Positions 35,731 to 46,348 are shown, numbered from the stretch's first letter. The stretch: DNA of 64,000 nt from Abditibacterium sp. (GCA_965199495.1 CBDASK010000003.1:4256001-4320000); one strand, 5' to 3'. Made by a program: numbers and translations. The notes: generated by a model from the letters alone, not told the origin.

Positions 35731-37614
35731 ATGAAAATTAAAATAAAGGAACTTAAGGGCAATAAAGAAAAAGTTCGCCGCGTAGTAATATATAGCAGAG
35801 TTTCAACGGATGCTCAAGCCGACAATACCTCTCTGGCGGGCCAATACGAACTCTGCAAGCGGCGCGCGGCAGAAATGGGCGCTCTGGCCGTAAACGTGTT
35901 CGAGGAGACCCAAAGCGGCGGATTGTATCTCTCGCGCACTCAGCTTCAAGCGGCCCTCGCCGTCATCGAGGCCAAAGAGGCCGATATTTTGATGATGGCG
36001 CGCCTTGATCGCACCGGGCGCGACGTGTCGGCGCTGCGCGACATCAAGCGCCGCGTCGAAGCAGCAGGCGGCGAGTTGGTGTTCGCCGATGGCGTTCAGT
36101 TCGAGAAAAACGCCGTCGGCACGCTCATGTTCACCCAGCTCAGCGCCTTCGCTGAGTTCGAGCGCGAGGTGATTCGCGAGCGCACCGTGGCTGGTCTGGA
36201 GCGCACCGCGCGCGCTGGCAGGATGCCGACCCGCTCGCGCACGCCCTACGCTTATCATCTGTGGACGAACGCCGATTGTCTGCGCGGCGACTGCACGCCC
36301 GATCAGGTCGGCACCTACTCGATTTTGGACGGCGAGTCGAATTGGATACCACCGATTTACGAACGTTTGGCGCAGGGGCAATCGATTCGTAGCATCGCCA
36401 AATGGCTGACCGAGCAGGGCGCACCGACGCGGCGTGGCGGCGCTTGGAACCCGATCACGGTCTACAAAATTGCGCGCAACTCAATCTACAAGGGCGAAGC
36501 GACCTGGCGCAAAACGCGCCGCGTCGTCGATGAGACGCGCGCGGAACGTGGCATGGACATCAAGCAGATCGTGGCGCGCCCGCGCGAGGAATGGGTTATC
36601 ATCCCGGCGCCGCCGATCGTCGAATCCGAGCTGTGGGGCAGAGCCAACGCTTCGCTCGATGAAGGTCGTAGCGCGCGCTCTGGCCCATCCAAAGGGCGCT
36701 ACTTTTTGACGGGTTTGCTCTGGTGTCCTCTGTGCGGCGCGCGCATGAACTCGATGGCCCAAATCTCCAGCCGCCGTTTGAAAGACGGCTCGCTGAAAAC
36801 CTACTCCGGTTATACCTGCCGCGACCGACTGGAACATATTCCGGGCAAGCCCGCGCGTTGCGATCTGCCGCGTTTGACCGGCGTTTTGCTGGAACAGATG
36901 GTTTTATCTGCGATTGAGGTTCTATTTACAGCGCCGCAGATGCTGGAACTCGCTCATAACGCCTGGCAAGATCAAGTCGCCTCGTCGCACGACGAGGCGG
37001 GCGACAAACGCGAGTTAGGGCGCCTCGAACGCCAGATCGCCACTCAGCTTCAGCGCGAATCCATCGCCGCCGATGCGGCCATCCGCGCCATCATGAACGG
37101 AGGCGATGGGCAAAGCTACGAAAAAGCGCGCGCCGAGAGTGAGCGCGCGCGCATTGGTCTTCAAAGCCAAGTCGCAACCATCGCGGCGCGCGCGCGCGCC
37201 GCTTCCTTCGAGTTGCCTTCCGTCGAGTTCGATCCAGCCTCTCTTGAAGTTCTGCGCTCGCCCGAAATCGCGCCCGACGTGCGCGGCGGCGTGCTTCGAC
37301 TTTTGACTCACACCATATATCCCGTTGTTTTACCGGATGAACTGCGCCAAAGTTCCAAAGCCCGACGCGAAAACCGGGAAACGGCTCTCGCACCGGGTAA
37401 ATTGGGCGGCGTTGACATCATTCTGGAACCGGCGCCGGAGGATGGCCCTTTCTACGTTCTCTCTCATCGAATCGTCGGCTGGAATGAATCAACGGACAAA
37501 TGGAAGCGCGTTTGCCTGAGACCACAGTGGGAAACCTCGCTTAAAATCGTCCGCGAATTAGAGCAACCGGCCAAACGTGGAAGAGCCTCTTTCGCGGATC
37601 GCGCTGACATTTAA
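35731..37614 (+). CDS. Large serine recombinase (integrase)
   Basis: IYSRVST..Q, RLDR.GR, AEFERE.IRERT, recombinase domain, CPLCG..C..C zinc ribbon, coiled coil. Confidence 0.93.
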   Translation: MKIKIKELKGNKEKVRRVVIYSRVSTDAQADNTSLAGQYELCKRRAAEMGALAVNVFEETQSGGLYLSRTQLQAALAVIEAKEADILMMARLDRTGRDVSALRDIKRRVEAAGGELVFADGVQFEKNAVGTLMFTQLSAFAEFEREVIRERTVAGLERTARAGRMPTRSRTPYAYHLWTNADCLRGDCTPDQVGTYSILDGESNWIPPIYERLAQGQSIRSIAKWLTEQGAPTRRGGAWNPITVYKIARNSIYKGEATWRKTRRVVDETRAERGMDIKQIVARPREEWVIIPAPPIVESELWGRANASLDEGRSARSGPSKGRYFLTGLLWCPLCGARMNSMAQISSRRLKDGSLKTYSGYTCRDRLEHIPGKPARCDLPRLTGVLLEQMVLSAIEVLFTAPQMLELAHNAWQDQVASSHDEAGDKRELGRLERQIATQLQRESIAADAAIRAIMNGGDGQSYEKARAESERARIGLQSQVATIAARARAASFELPSVEFDPASLEVLRSPEIAPDVRGGVLRLLTHTIYPVVLPDELRQSSKARRENRETALAPGKLGGVDIILEPAPEDGPFYVLSHRIVGWNESTDKWKRVCLRPQWETSLKIVRELEQPAKRGRASFADRADI

Positions 37615-37730
37615 ACTCGGAAACTGTTTCCTCAATGCCGATTGAAGAAATCGTCGGCAAGATGCTGCGCGGCGCGGGCGTGGTGAAATAGCAAACGAGA
37701 TGTGACAATACATCAACTAACAAAGCCGAT

Positions 37731-40424
37731 ATGGAACCTAAAACCAACTTATTTGAATACCAGACGGGACTTGATCGCAAAGATTTATCGCCAGATCTTC
37801 TCAGCCGCAGTCCATTAGCTCGTCAATTGGCCCTTGCACTACAACATCAAAATAGAAATACATCAACCGTGACAGGCCTTTCAGGCGAATGGGGAAGTGG
37901 AAAATCATGGGTCATTGCTAAGGCTTGCCAACAATTAGAAGCAGATTATAGGAATTCACTGAAAGTTCCGGAGTTGGTGCTCGAAAATAATCCACCTTCT
38001 ACTCCTTACTCTTTCGAGTTTGAAGTTTGGCAGTGGAGTGGCACCGACGGACTCGTGTCGCAGTTCTTTGACCAGTTGGCGGAAGCGATTCGCCAAGTTG
38101 AGGATGATGAGGCGGAGAGAAAACGTTCTCTATCGAAAAAATGGTGGCACCGTTTTATTCCTCTAATTCGCTCTATACGTAGAAAGTGTGCTTTTGCCTC
38201 GACTTCTAAAAATCTCGAAGCCTATTCTGCACGCCTCGCTGTTCACTCAACCTTTCTCAGTGGTTATCAAAAGATTGCCACAGGTTTTGTCGCGCTATTC
38301 ACTTTGTTCAATCTGGCAATCGGAGACTCATTCTCTGTTTTAATAAAGGCCATCGCAGCAGCATTTATCATTGTGAGTAGCGGTTTGATCTTCTTGGCTG
38401 ATGTCTTTGCTAAGCAAGCAGATGCCAAAAAGAAGTGGATAGAGGCCAACCAGAAAACTCCGCGTCAACTCAAAGAAGATATAAAAAGTCAATTACGCGA
38501 ACTTCCACGCCCCATCGTGATAGTCTTGGATGATCTGGATCGGTTGACGGCTTCAGAAATTGCCCAAGTGTTTCAATTGGTGAAAACGCAAGCGGATTTT
38601 CCAAACATTCATTATTTGTTGGGCTTTGATCGCAGATTAATAGCAGCTGCTTTGGAGAAAGATGCCCCTAACTTACCGATTAATGGACTTCCTCGTGATA
38701 GTGGACATCATTTTCTCGAAAAAATTGTCCCAGTTATTTTCAACCTGACTTCAATAAACGATGAAGATTTGAGCGAAATTCTACGCGAAAATTTGAGCAA
38801 GAATACTGAACTTCCAATTGGTCAAAACAGCCGATGGGATTATATGTGGACGAATATCCTTAAGTTTTATTTTACAAATTTGCGCGACTTGGAGCGATTC
38901 GAGAACTCGCTGGTCTTCAACAGATATCTTATTAGCGGAATAGGCGAAAGCATGGATGTAGATGTCTTTGACTTCATTGGAATCGAGACTCTACGCTTAT
39001 TTGAACCAGAGGTTTATACGCGCCTCGTCCGGAGTAGAGAATTATTGACTAAGGATCGTGCGCTCGAAAGACAATTACAACAGACAAACTCCTCTAGTTC
39101 TGAGTCCGAAGTTATTAATGAAATGCGCCAGAAACTTACCAAAGACGAAATAACCGTAACCGAAATCTGTAATTTAGCCATTAAAAAAGAGAACCAAGAA
39201 GCGGTTCGACGATTGATTTGTCACCTATTCCCTGAGATAGGTAGAATGGGGAAGCCAAATGATTTTCAACGAATCTACTCAGATACGGCTTGCCCAGTTT
39301 ATGCAGCAAGAGTGAGTAATCCAGAATCATTCCGTCGCTTCTTTCGTTATTCGCTTGCCCCCAATGAATGGTCAGCGCAGGAAGTTTCGGAAGTGATGAA
39401 GAAAATATCAGATCCAGCGCTTTTCTCTCAAATTTTTCAGGATGTAGCGAACGGGAAAGAATATCCTAAACAGCGACCAGAAAGTGAGGTGGCTGACGAA
39501 AAATTCTTTTGGCCTGATACTCTTTCTCTCTGTTCTTTGGTTGGATCACGAGTGTCAAATTCTCCTTTTGCTGTAAATGCTTCCCAAATAAATAAGCAGG
39601 AAAAAGCGGCACACTCTTTGTTGCACGCCGGAATGATAATCCCTGCCAACCCGCATTCACTGATCAAACAAGATTTGGAAAGGAATTTTGGTCGTTACGC
39701 ACATCGCGCTCTCCTCTCGATTGAGGACAGTGCAGCACGAGAAGAATCTACGCTGATAGTTATCAACTCTTCAAAAGAAACTTTTGCTTCAAACATCGAA
39801 TTGGTTCAACACGAGATTGGTTGGCATAATCAATCTCGTGTTGAGAGAGACCGCTCCTTGCTGTTGAGTCCAGAGAGTCTTAAGCAGGCCAAAATTCTCG
39901 TAGCAGGGCAAACACAACTTGCATTGGAAAACTCCGCCGACGTTTGGCAAAGGCCTCAAGCGCGCATCTATTTGGAAATGATTGAGATTTGGGAAGACAA
40001 GACTATCAAAGATCGAAACAATAGGATGTTAGACGCAATGCTCTATGACGACGAAAAATGTTTTTGGCTTTTAGAAGCGTTTTTATTAGATGTCAAGGGT
40101 GCTAATCAAAACGCAACCAAAGTTCTAATGATTGACTATTCAAGTGTGAATTTTGATGGTGGAAATGGTATTTCATATTTCATTCCGCTTTGGGTTCTTC
40201 AAGATAGAATTCCACAATTGGAAGCTTATATAATTAGCAATATTAGAGATTCATTGGGTCAGATTAGCCTTTCAGATCAAATCTCATCTCCGCAATTTGA
40301 GCGTAGAATGGGTTGTCTAATTGATTTGAAAAACTACTTCGGTAACAAACAACAACCTCAAATTAAAACTTCCTTCCAAGAAGAATTAACCAAAATGCTA
40401 ACTCATCTTGCGCCTCAATCATAA
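37731..40424 (+). CDS. KAP-family P-loop NTPase
   Basis: GLSGEWGSGKS, two TM helices inserted, VIVLDDLDRL, FLEKIV; AT-rich relative to flanks. Confidence 0.88.
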   Translation: MEPKTNLFEYQTGLDRKDLSPDLLSRSPLARQLALALQHQNRNTSTVTGLSGEWGSGKSWVIAKACQQLEADYRNSLKVPELVLENNPPSTPYSFEFEVWQWSGTDGLVSQFFDQLAEAIRQVEDDEAERKRSLSKKWWHRFIPLIRSIRRKCAFASTSKNLEAYSARLAVHSTFLSGYQKIATGFVALFTLFNLAIGDSFSVLIKAIAAAFIIVSSGLIFLADVFAKQADAKKKWIEANQKTPRQLKEDIKSQLRELPRPIVIVLDDLDRLTASEIAQVFQLVKTQADFPNIHYLLGFDRRLIAAALEKDAPNLPINGLPRDSGHHFLEKIVPVIFNLTSINDEDLSEILRENLSKNTELPIGQNSRWDYMWTNILKFYFTNLRDLERFENSLVFNRYLISGIGESMDVDVFDFIGIETLRLFEPEVYTRLVRSRELLTKDRALERQLQQTNSSSSESEVINEMRQKLTKDEITVTEICNLAIKKENQEAVRRLICHLFPEIGRMGKPNDFQRIYSDTACPVYAARVSNPESFRRFFRYSLAPNEWSAQEVSEVMKKISDPALFSQIFQDVANGKEYPKQRPESEVADEKFFWPDTLSLCSLVGSRVSNSPFAVNASQINKQEKAAHSLLHAGMIIPANPHSLIKQDLERNFGRYAHRALLSIEDSAAREESTLIVINSSKETFASNIELVQHEIGWHNQSRVERDRSLLLSPESLKQAKILVAGQTQLALENSADVWQRPQARIYLEMIEIWEDKTIKDRNNRMLDAMLYDDEKCFWLLEAFLLDVKGANQNATKVLMIDYSSVNFDGGNGISYFIPLWVLQDRIPQLEAYIISNIRDSLGQISLSDQISSPQFERRMGCLIDLKNYFGNKQQPQIKTSFQEELTKMLTHLAPQS

Positions 40425-40446
40425 TTTTGGCCCAAGCTCATTTTTA

Positions 40447-41346
40447 TTACTTCACTTCAGATTTCTTTCCCATCACGCCCAACGACTGAAGCGCGATGCG
40501 CGCGGCTTCGGCGATCAATTTATCATCGCGTTTTGCTTCCGCTTGGTGGCGCGTGGTGTAAATCGCCAACACAATCGGTGCGCGGTTGGGCGGCCAAATC
40601 ACGGCGATGTCGTTGGCGGTGCCGTAATCGCCCGAACCGGTTTTGTCGCCGACGGGCCAATCCGGTGGCACGGCGGCGCGGATGCGTTTGTCGCCCGTCG
40701 TGTTGCCGCGTAGCCATTCGATTAACTGCGCGCGCGAATCGGGTGCAAGCGCGTTGCCAAGGGTGAATTGGCGCAGACTGCGCGCCATTGCTTCCGGCGT
40801 GGCTGTGTCGCGCGAGTCGCTGGGAATTGCGGTGTTGAGTTGGGTCTCCCATCGGTCGAGCCGAAACGAATTGTTGCCCGTTGAACGCGCGAAATCAGTC
40901 AATGCCGCTGGCCCGCCGATTTCGCGAAGCAGTAAATTGGCTGCCGTGTTGTCGCTATATTGGAGCGCCGCCGCGCACAACTGCGCGATGGTCATGCCGT
41001 CAGTCAAATGCTTTTGCGTGATGGGCGAGTAGGTGACGAGATTGCTTTTGTGGTAACGAATGCGCTGATTCAACAAGTTTGGTTCGCGCTCGCTACGCTT
41101 CAAAACGGCGGCGGCGGCTATGATTTTGAAGGTGCTGAGAAACGGAAACCGCTCGTTGGCGCGATGGCGAATTTGTTGGCCGCTCGAAGTGTCGAGAGCG
41201 AAAACGCCGATGCGGGCGTCGAAAGATTTTTCGAGCGCCATAAAATGTGGCGCGGTTTGGTCGGAGGATTGGGCAAACGCGCGCGTGCCAATCGCGAAAG
41301 CGGGCAGGGCGGCGGCGAGATGGAGAAAAGAGCGGCGATTGATCAT
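40447..41346 (-). CDS. bla: Class A beta-lactamase with Tat signal
   Basis: NRRSFL, STFK, SDN, RLDRWE (E166), DKTG. Confidence 0.95.
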   Translation of the reverse strand: MINRRSFLHLAAALPAFAIGTRAFAQSSDQTAPHFMALEKSFDARIGVFALDTSSGQQIRHRANERFPFLSTFKIIAAAAVLKRSEREPNLLNQRIRYHKSNLVTYSPITQKHLTDGMTIAQLCAAALQYSDNTAANLLLREIGGPAALTDFARSTGNNSFRLDRWETQLNTAIPSDSRDTATPEAMARSLRQFTLGNALAPDSRAQLIEWLRGNTTGDKRIRAAVPPDWPVGDKTGSGDYGTANDIAVIWPPNRAPIVLAIYTTRHQAEAKRDDKLIAEAARIALQSLGVMGKKSEVK

Positions 41347-41412
41347 GGTGAAAATTGGTTGCTTGAGTAAAGCAAAATAATCTTCGCTTAAACTCTGAAG
41401 TCGAATTCATTT

Positions 41413-42123
41413 ATGTCCCAACTCAAAGTTTTGCTCACTGGCCCATCGGGGCGCATCGGGCCGCATATCGTCGCGGCGTTTGAAGAATGTTACGAACTCT
41501 CGACTTTCGATGTCAAACCTTCGTCGCGTCCGCGCAGTTTCGTCGGCGATTTAGGCGACGTGGCTTCGTTGCGCCGCGCTATGAAAGGCGTTGACGCGAT
41601 TCTGCATCTGGCGGCGACTTCGGACGAGGCGCCGTTTCGCGAGGAATTATTGCCCAATAACATCGCCGGGCTTTATAACTTGCTCGACGCCGCGCACGCG
41701 GAAAACGTGCGGCGCGTTGTGTTTATTTCGTCGGTGCAGACGGTGTGGGATCATTTCGACCGCACCGAGGCTCCCATCGAAACCGAAATCAACGCGCCCT
41801 GTTCGCTTTATGGCGTCAGCAAAATTTTCGGCGAAACGCTGGGCGGCTGGTTTCACCGCCACCGCAATCTGGAATTCGTCGCGATTCGTCTGGGCTGGTT
41901 CGAGCGCACTGAACTTCTGGAAACCGACGCGTGGATCAATAATATATGGATTTCGCCCGACGACAGCGTGCGTCTGTTTAGGCGCGCGCTCGAAACGCCC
42001 GATGTCGGTTTTGCCATCGTCAATGGCACCTCGAAAACGCCGCGCGAAATCTTGAGTCTGCGCTCGGCCCGCGAAATTTTAGCTTACGAGCCGCGCGACG
42101 AACCGCCAGTTTCGGCTCACTGA
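41413..42123 (+). CDS. NAD-dependent epimerase/dehydratase (uronate dehydrogenase-like)
   Basis: LLTGPSGRIG, HLAA, YGVSK. Confidence 0.85.
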   Translation: MSQLKVLLTGPSGRIGPHIVAAFEECYELSTFDVKPSSRPRSFVGDLGDVASLRRAMKGVDAILHLAATSDEAPFREELLPNNIAGLYNLLDAAHAENVRRVVFISSVQTVWDHFDRTEAPIETEINAPCSLYGVSKIFGETLGGWFHRHRNLEFVAIRLGWFERTELLETDAWINNIWISPDDSVRLFRRALETPDVGFAIVNGTSKTPREILSLRSAREILAYEPRDEPPVSAH

Positions 42124-42193
42124 ATCGCGTCTTAGCGTGTAACTTTGTGGGCTTTGGTAACTCAAAATCTGCGCCGTTTTTACTAAAATCAAT

Positions 42194-44095
42194 ATGAATT
42201 CACTTTTCTCCATGCGCTTCGGGCGCGCCCTGCCGTTTTTGGCTTTTACTGCCGCCGCGACTTGCAGCCACGCCGCGCCCGCCGATTATTTTCGCATCAC
42301 TGTCGTTGACCAAGACACTGGGCGCGGCGTGCCGCTCGTCGAATTGAAAACGAGCAACGAAGTCAAATACTATACCGATAGCAACGGCATCGTGGCGATT
42401 GGCGATCCAGAATTTCTGGGACAAAAAGTTTTCTTTCAAATTAAAAGTGACGGCTACGAAGTGCCCAAAGATGGCTTTGGCTATCGAGGCCAGGCGCTCG
42501 ATGTGCGCGCCGGAAGTAACGCCGAAATCAAGATCAAACGCACGCAAATCGCGCAGCGTTTGTATCGCATTACCGGCGGCGGCATTTACGCCGATAGCGT
42601 TTTGACCGGCGCGCCGGTGCCGATTAAACAGCCGGTTATCAACGGTTTGGTGACAGGCCAAGACACAGTTGAGGCGGTGCCATATAATGGCAAACTTTTC
42701 TGGTTGTGGGGCGATACCAATCGGCTGGCGTATCCGCTGGGCAACTTCAAAACTTCGAGCGCGACTTCGGCTTTGCCCGCGCAGGGCGGACTTGATCCCG
42801 ATAAAGGCGTGAATTTGGACTATTTCGTGGACAAGGAAGGTTTCAGCAAACAGATGATTCCCCTCGAAAGCAGCGTGCCAGTTTGGATGGGCGGTCTGTT
42901 CACCATGCCCGACGACACCGGGCGCGAGCGGTTGTATGGCTCGTATGTCAAAGCCGAGAGCGACTCGAAGTTTGGCGAGCGCGGGTTGGCGGTTTTCAAC
43001 GACGACAAGCAGATTTTTGAAGTCGCGCGCCAATTCGATTCGGTTTTGCAACCCGGCGGCGACCCGACGCGCGTGAAATCGGGCGGGCAGACGTGGCTCT
43101 ATTTCGATCCGTTCGAGCGCACGCTCGCCGATTACGCACACATCACCGATAGTCACCAATATCAAGCTTTTACGCCTTTGATGAAAGGCGCCAAATTCGA
43201 TGGCGCGCAAACGAAGTTGGAGCGAGACGGGCAGGATAATCTGGTTTATGGTTGGAAAACCGATACCGCGAAATTGGACAACGGCCAAATCGGCGATCTG
43301 GTGAAAGCGAATTTGATGAAAGCCGACGAAGCCGCGATTCAAATGCGCGATGTCGAAACCGATGCGCCGGTTATCACGCACGGAAGTTCGACCTATTGGA
43401 ATGCGTATCGCGGGCGTTGGGTGCAAATTTTTACGCAAAACTTCGGCACTTCAACGTTGGGCGAACTGTGGATGGCCGAAGCCGACACGCCGACCGGCCC
43501 GTGGCTGTATGCGCGCAAAGTGTTGACGCACGACAAATATACCTTTTACAATCCGACGCAACACCCGTTTTTCGCCAAAGATAACGGGCGCCAGATTTAC
43601 TTCGAGGGCACCTATACCACGACTTATTCGGGCAACGACAATCCGACGCCGCGCTACAATTACAACCAAATCATGTATCGTTTGGATTTGGACGATCCGC
43701 GTTTAGATTTGCCGGTGCCGGTTTACCAAGGCCAAAACGGCGCGCTGAGTTTGCGCAGTGCGGCGGCTTTGAAATCCGCGCAAAGCATCCCCTTTTTCGC
43801 CCTGCCGCCAACAGCGAAATCGTCGAATTTAGTGCCGATTTATGCCATCGGAAAACGGTTGCAAAGTGGCGCCGTTGCCAACCAAAAGCCGCTATTTTAC
43901 GCGGCAAACACGGAGGCCAAGTCATCGGCAATCGTTTCGCTTTACGAATGGAGCGATGGCAAAAATTATTCGTATTCGACCGACGCCGACGCGAAAATCG
44001 CCGGATTGACGCGCGCGCCCGAACCGATTTGTCGCGTGTGGCGCAATCCGTCGCGCGTGATGACATTGGATGCCGACGCCGTGGCTGTGAACTGA
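42194..44095 (+). CDS. Secreted hypothetical protein
   Basis: Signal peptide; 633 aa; W.WGDT motif suggests a beta-propeller. Confidence 0.75.
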   Translation: MNSLFSMRFGRALPFLAFTAAATCSHAAPADYFRITVVDQDTGRGVPLVELKTSNEVKYYTDSNGIVAIGDPEFLGQKVFFQIKSDGYEVPKDGFGYRGQALDVRAGSNAEIKIKRTQIAQRLYRITGGGIYADSVLTGAPVPIKQPVINGLVTGQDTVEAVPYNGKLFWLWGDTNRLAYPLGNFKTSSATSALPAQGGLDPDKGVNLDYFVDKEGFSKQMIPLESSVPVWMGGLFTMPDDTGRERLYGSYVKAESDSKFGERGLAVFNDDKQIFEVARQFDSVLQPGGDPTRVKSGGQTWLYFDPFERTLADYAHITDSHQYQAFTPLMKGAKFDGAQTKLERDGQDNLVYGWKTDTAKLDNGQIGDLVKANLMKADEAAIQMRDVETDAPVITHGSSTYWNAYRGRWVQIFTQNFGTSTLGELWMAEADTPTGPWLYARKVLTHDKYTFYNPTQHPFFAKDNGRQIYFEGTYTTTYSGNDNPTPRYNYNQIMYRLDLDDPRLDLPVPVYQGQNGALSLRSAAALKSAQSIPFFALPPTAKSSNLVPIYAIGKRLQSGAVANQKPLFYAANTEAKSSAIVSLYEWSDGKNYSYSTDADAKIAGLTRAPEPICRVWRNPSRVMTLDADAVAVN

Positions 44096-44155
44096 TTCGT
44101 TTCAAAATGATCGATCACTCGGAAATAGACGATTCACATTTAAGCTTGCCTAAGT

Positions 44156-44298
44156 AACCCGATTTGTTACTGCTCCACGATTGTCATGGGTGCGAAGAGA
44201 GGCACGAACGAAGTCAAGGCGCAACCTGTGGATTCTTCGACTTCGTTCGTGCCTCTCTTCGCACCCATGACAATCGTGGAGCAGTAACAAATCGGGTT
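44156..44298. repeat. 60-bp perfect inverted repeat (REPIN/MITE-like)
   Basis: 44156-44215 is the reverse complement of 44239-44298. Confidence 0.85.
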
Positions 44299-44347
44299 GA
44301 AATAGCAGGAACAAAAATCAGTTTAATCTGTGTCGTAAAGAGCCACT

Positions 44348-45226
44348 ATGAAAATTCATTATCTACTCCCGATGTGCGGACTATGCGCAATATTATTGTC
44401 GGGTTGTGGCGCGCACTCAGATTTCGCTCCAGCAACTTCGGAATCGGATGTTTCTGCCTCCGCCGCATCTGGAGCGGCAGAAGCGCCCGCCGCCGCGCAA
44501 AAGGGCAAAGGCGCGCCCGGTTCAGTTGGCGCGAGCGGGCAAGCGGTCGCGCCAACGCAACGCAAAATTATTTATACCGCGACCGTTGATTTGGTCGTGG
44601 AAAATCTGACGCAGGGCCAAACCAAACTACTGAATTTGGTGAAAGCCAACAAAGGTTATGTCGCCGAAACTAACGTCGGCGGCGCGAGCGGTGAGCAACG
44701 CACCGGAAAATGGAAAGTGCGTGTGCCCGTCGAGAATTACGAGGCGTTCATGACGGGCGCGGCGCGTTTGGGCGAATTGCAAAGCAGCAATTCATCGTCG
44801 CAGGACGTGACGGCGGAGTATTACGATGTGGCGGCTCGCATCAAAAATAAGCAGGTCGAAGAAGCGCGTTTGCAGGAGTTGCTCAAGCGAGCCACCGGCA
44901 AGCTGAGCGAAATTTTGCAGGTCGAAAAAGAGCTTTCGCGCGTGCGCGGTGAAGTCGAGCAGTTGCAGGGCCGCATTCGCGTGTTGGCCAGTCTTTCGTC
45001 GCTGACGACGATCACGATTTCGATGCGCGAAATCAAAGACTATATCCCGCCCGCTCCGCCGACATTTGGAACCGAAATCGGGCGTCAATTCAACGGCTCA
45101 TTGAGCGTAATGCGCGCGGCGGGCAAAGGTCTGGTTCTGCTGGGCGCCGCGCTGTTGCCGTGGCTGCCATTCGCCCTGGTCGGATTTTTCGGCTGGCGGT
45201 TTTGGCGGCGCAAAAACAAAATTTAA
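44348..45226 (+). CDS. DUF4349 lipoprotein
   Basis: LSGC lipobox, RKIIYTA, VRVP, DVTAEY.D, C-terminal TM helix. Confidence 0.88.
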   Translation: MKIHYLLPMCGLCAILLSGCGAHSDFAPATSESDVSASAASGAAEAPAAAQKGKGAPGSVGASGQAVAPTQRKIIYTATVDLVVENLTQGQTKLLNLVKANKGYVAETNVGGASGEQRTGKWKVRVPVENYEAFMTGAARLGELQSSNSSSQDVTAEYYDVAARIKNKQVEEARLQELLKRATGKLSEILQVEKELSRVRGEVEQLQGRIRVLASLSSLTTITISMREIKDYIPPAPPTFGTEIGRQFNGSLSVMRAAGKGLVLLGAALLPWLPFALVGFFGWRFWRRKNKI

Positions 45227-45373
45227 TGGGCTACTTGAGTATGGAATTTTGAAGCGGTCAAAAGTGCGATTGGAAGGGTGCGCAAGCCCCGCTCCAATCG
45301 CACTTTTGACCGCTAATTCTTTTCCTGCCTCGTGTTCGCTGCGTGACAAATTGAATAGATTCTCGCGCTTGAT

Positions 45374-45402
45374 TTGACGCTTGCGGCGAATCGTGGTAAA
45401 AT
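45374..45402 (+). promoter_or_regulatory. sigma70 promoter of rplU-rpmA
   Basis: TTGACG-17-TAAAAT with extended TG. Confidence 0.65.
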
Positions 45403-45456
45403 TGCTCAGGCTTTTCCACCAGAGATTCACGAGAAAAAGAGAAGAGACAAAAAATT

Positions 45457-45819
45457 ATGTTCGCAATTATCCGCGTTGGCGGCAAACAGTATCGCGTCGA
45501 GAACGGCACCCAGATTTTGGTTGATCGCCTCCACGTCGAACCCGGCGACGCCGTTGAAGGCGTCGAAGTGTTGATGGTCGTTGATGGAGACGACACCCAA
45601 ATCGGCGCGCCCATCGTCGAAGGCGTCGCCGTTGGCGCGACCGCCGTTCGTCATCATCTGGGCAAAAAGATTCGCGTGTTCAAATACAAGGCGAAGAAAA
45701 ACTATCGCCGCCGCATCGGCTCGCGCCCGCACCAGACCTTAATCCGCATCGATTCCATCGGCGGCAACTCGACCAAACAAACCGCACAGGCTCCGCAAAC
45801 CGAAGCCGTGGCTGCGTAA
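45457..45819 (+). CDS. rplU: 50S ribosomal protein L21
   Basis: MFAIIRVGGKQYRV..KIRVFKYKAKKNYRR. Confidence 0.97.
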   Translation: MFAIIRVGGKQYRVENGTQILVDRLHVEPGDAVEGVEVLMVVDGDDTQIGAPIVEGVAVGATAVRHHLGKKIRVFKYKAKKNYRRRIGSRPHQTLIRIDSIGGNSTKQTAQAPQTEAVAA

Positions 45820-45840
45820 AAGCACAGAGGAAATTACACA

Positions 45841-46131
45841 ATGGCACACAAAAAAGGAATGGGTTCATCGCGCAACGGTCGCGATTCCAACGCCCAACGA
45901 CTGGGCATCAAGCGTTTTGGCGGCGAGAAAGTCACCGCCGGTTCGATTTTAGTTCGTCAGCGCGGCAGTCGCTACCACGCGGGCGCGGGCGTCGCGATGG
46001 GCAAAGATGACACTTTGTTCGCGATGATCCCCGGCGTCGTCAAATTCGAGCCGTGCCCGCGCGCGCACTCGACCGGCAAAAAAATCTCGGTCTACGCCGT
46101 CGAAACAGCCACCGCCGTCGCCGCCGAATAA
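45841..46131 (+). CDS. rpmA: 50S ribosomal protein L27
   Basis: [22 protein letters not shown]. Confidence 0.98.
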   Translation: MAHKKGMGSSRNGRDSNAQRLGIKRFGGEKVTAGSILVRQRGSRYHAGAGVAMGKDDTLFAMIPGVVKFEPCPRAHSTGKKISVYAVETATAVAAE

Positions 46132-46146
46132 TTTTCGGTCGCAAAT

Positions 46147-46178
46147 AAAAAAGCCCTCGCAATTGCGAGGGCTTTTTT
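46147..46178 (+). terminator. Intrinsic terminator after rpmA
   Basis: AAAAAAGCCCTCGCAATTGCGAGGGCTTTTTT. Confidence 0.85.
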
Positions 46179-46191
46179 GTTGGTGAGACGC

Positions 46192-46281
46192 GCGTTACAG
46201 CGGGGCTGACGCCTCCTTCCAATCGGCGATCTTTCGTTGTCTCATACCGATTGGAAGGAGGCGTCAGCCCCGCTGTAACGC
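46192..46281. repeat. REP-like inverted pair
   Basis: GCGTTACAGCGGGGCTGACGCCTCCTTCCAATCGG and its reverse complement; a related single copy lies at ~45267-45300. Confidence 0.75.
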
Positions 46282-46348
46282 CTTTACTAAAGGAATATAA
46301 AAGCGGGCCAGTGCATTTTGCACTGGCCCGCTTTGGTTATCGAACCGA

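Larger units (their letters stand above)
1..37614. mobile_element. Prophage (right arm; left part beyond window)
   Basis: Serine integrase at right end, divergent S24 repressor/HTH pair, dense co-oriented small ORFs, replication initiator, methylases, lysis genes, tRNAs. No head/tail genes in the window. Confidence 0.9.

Noticed and set aside
1..37614. Stop-codon reassignment in the prophage
   Set aside because: Genes are intact in the standard code and several end in TAA (e.g. folE, integrase)
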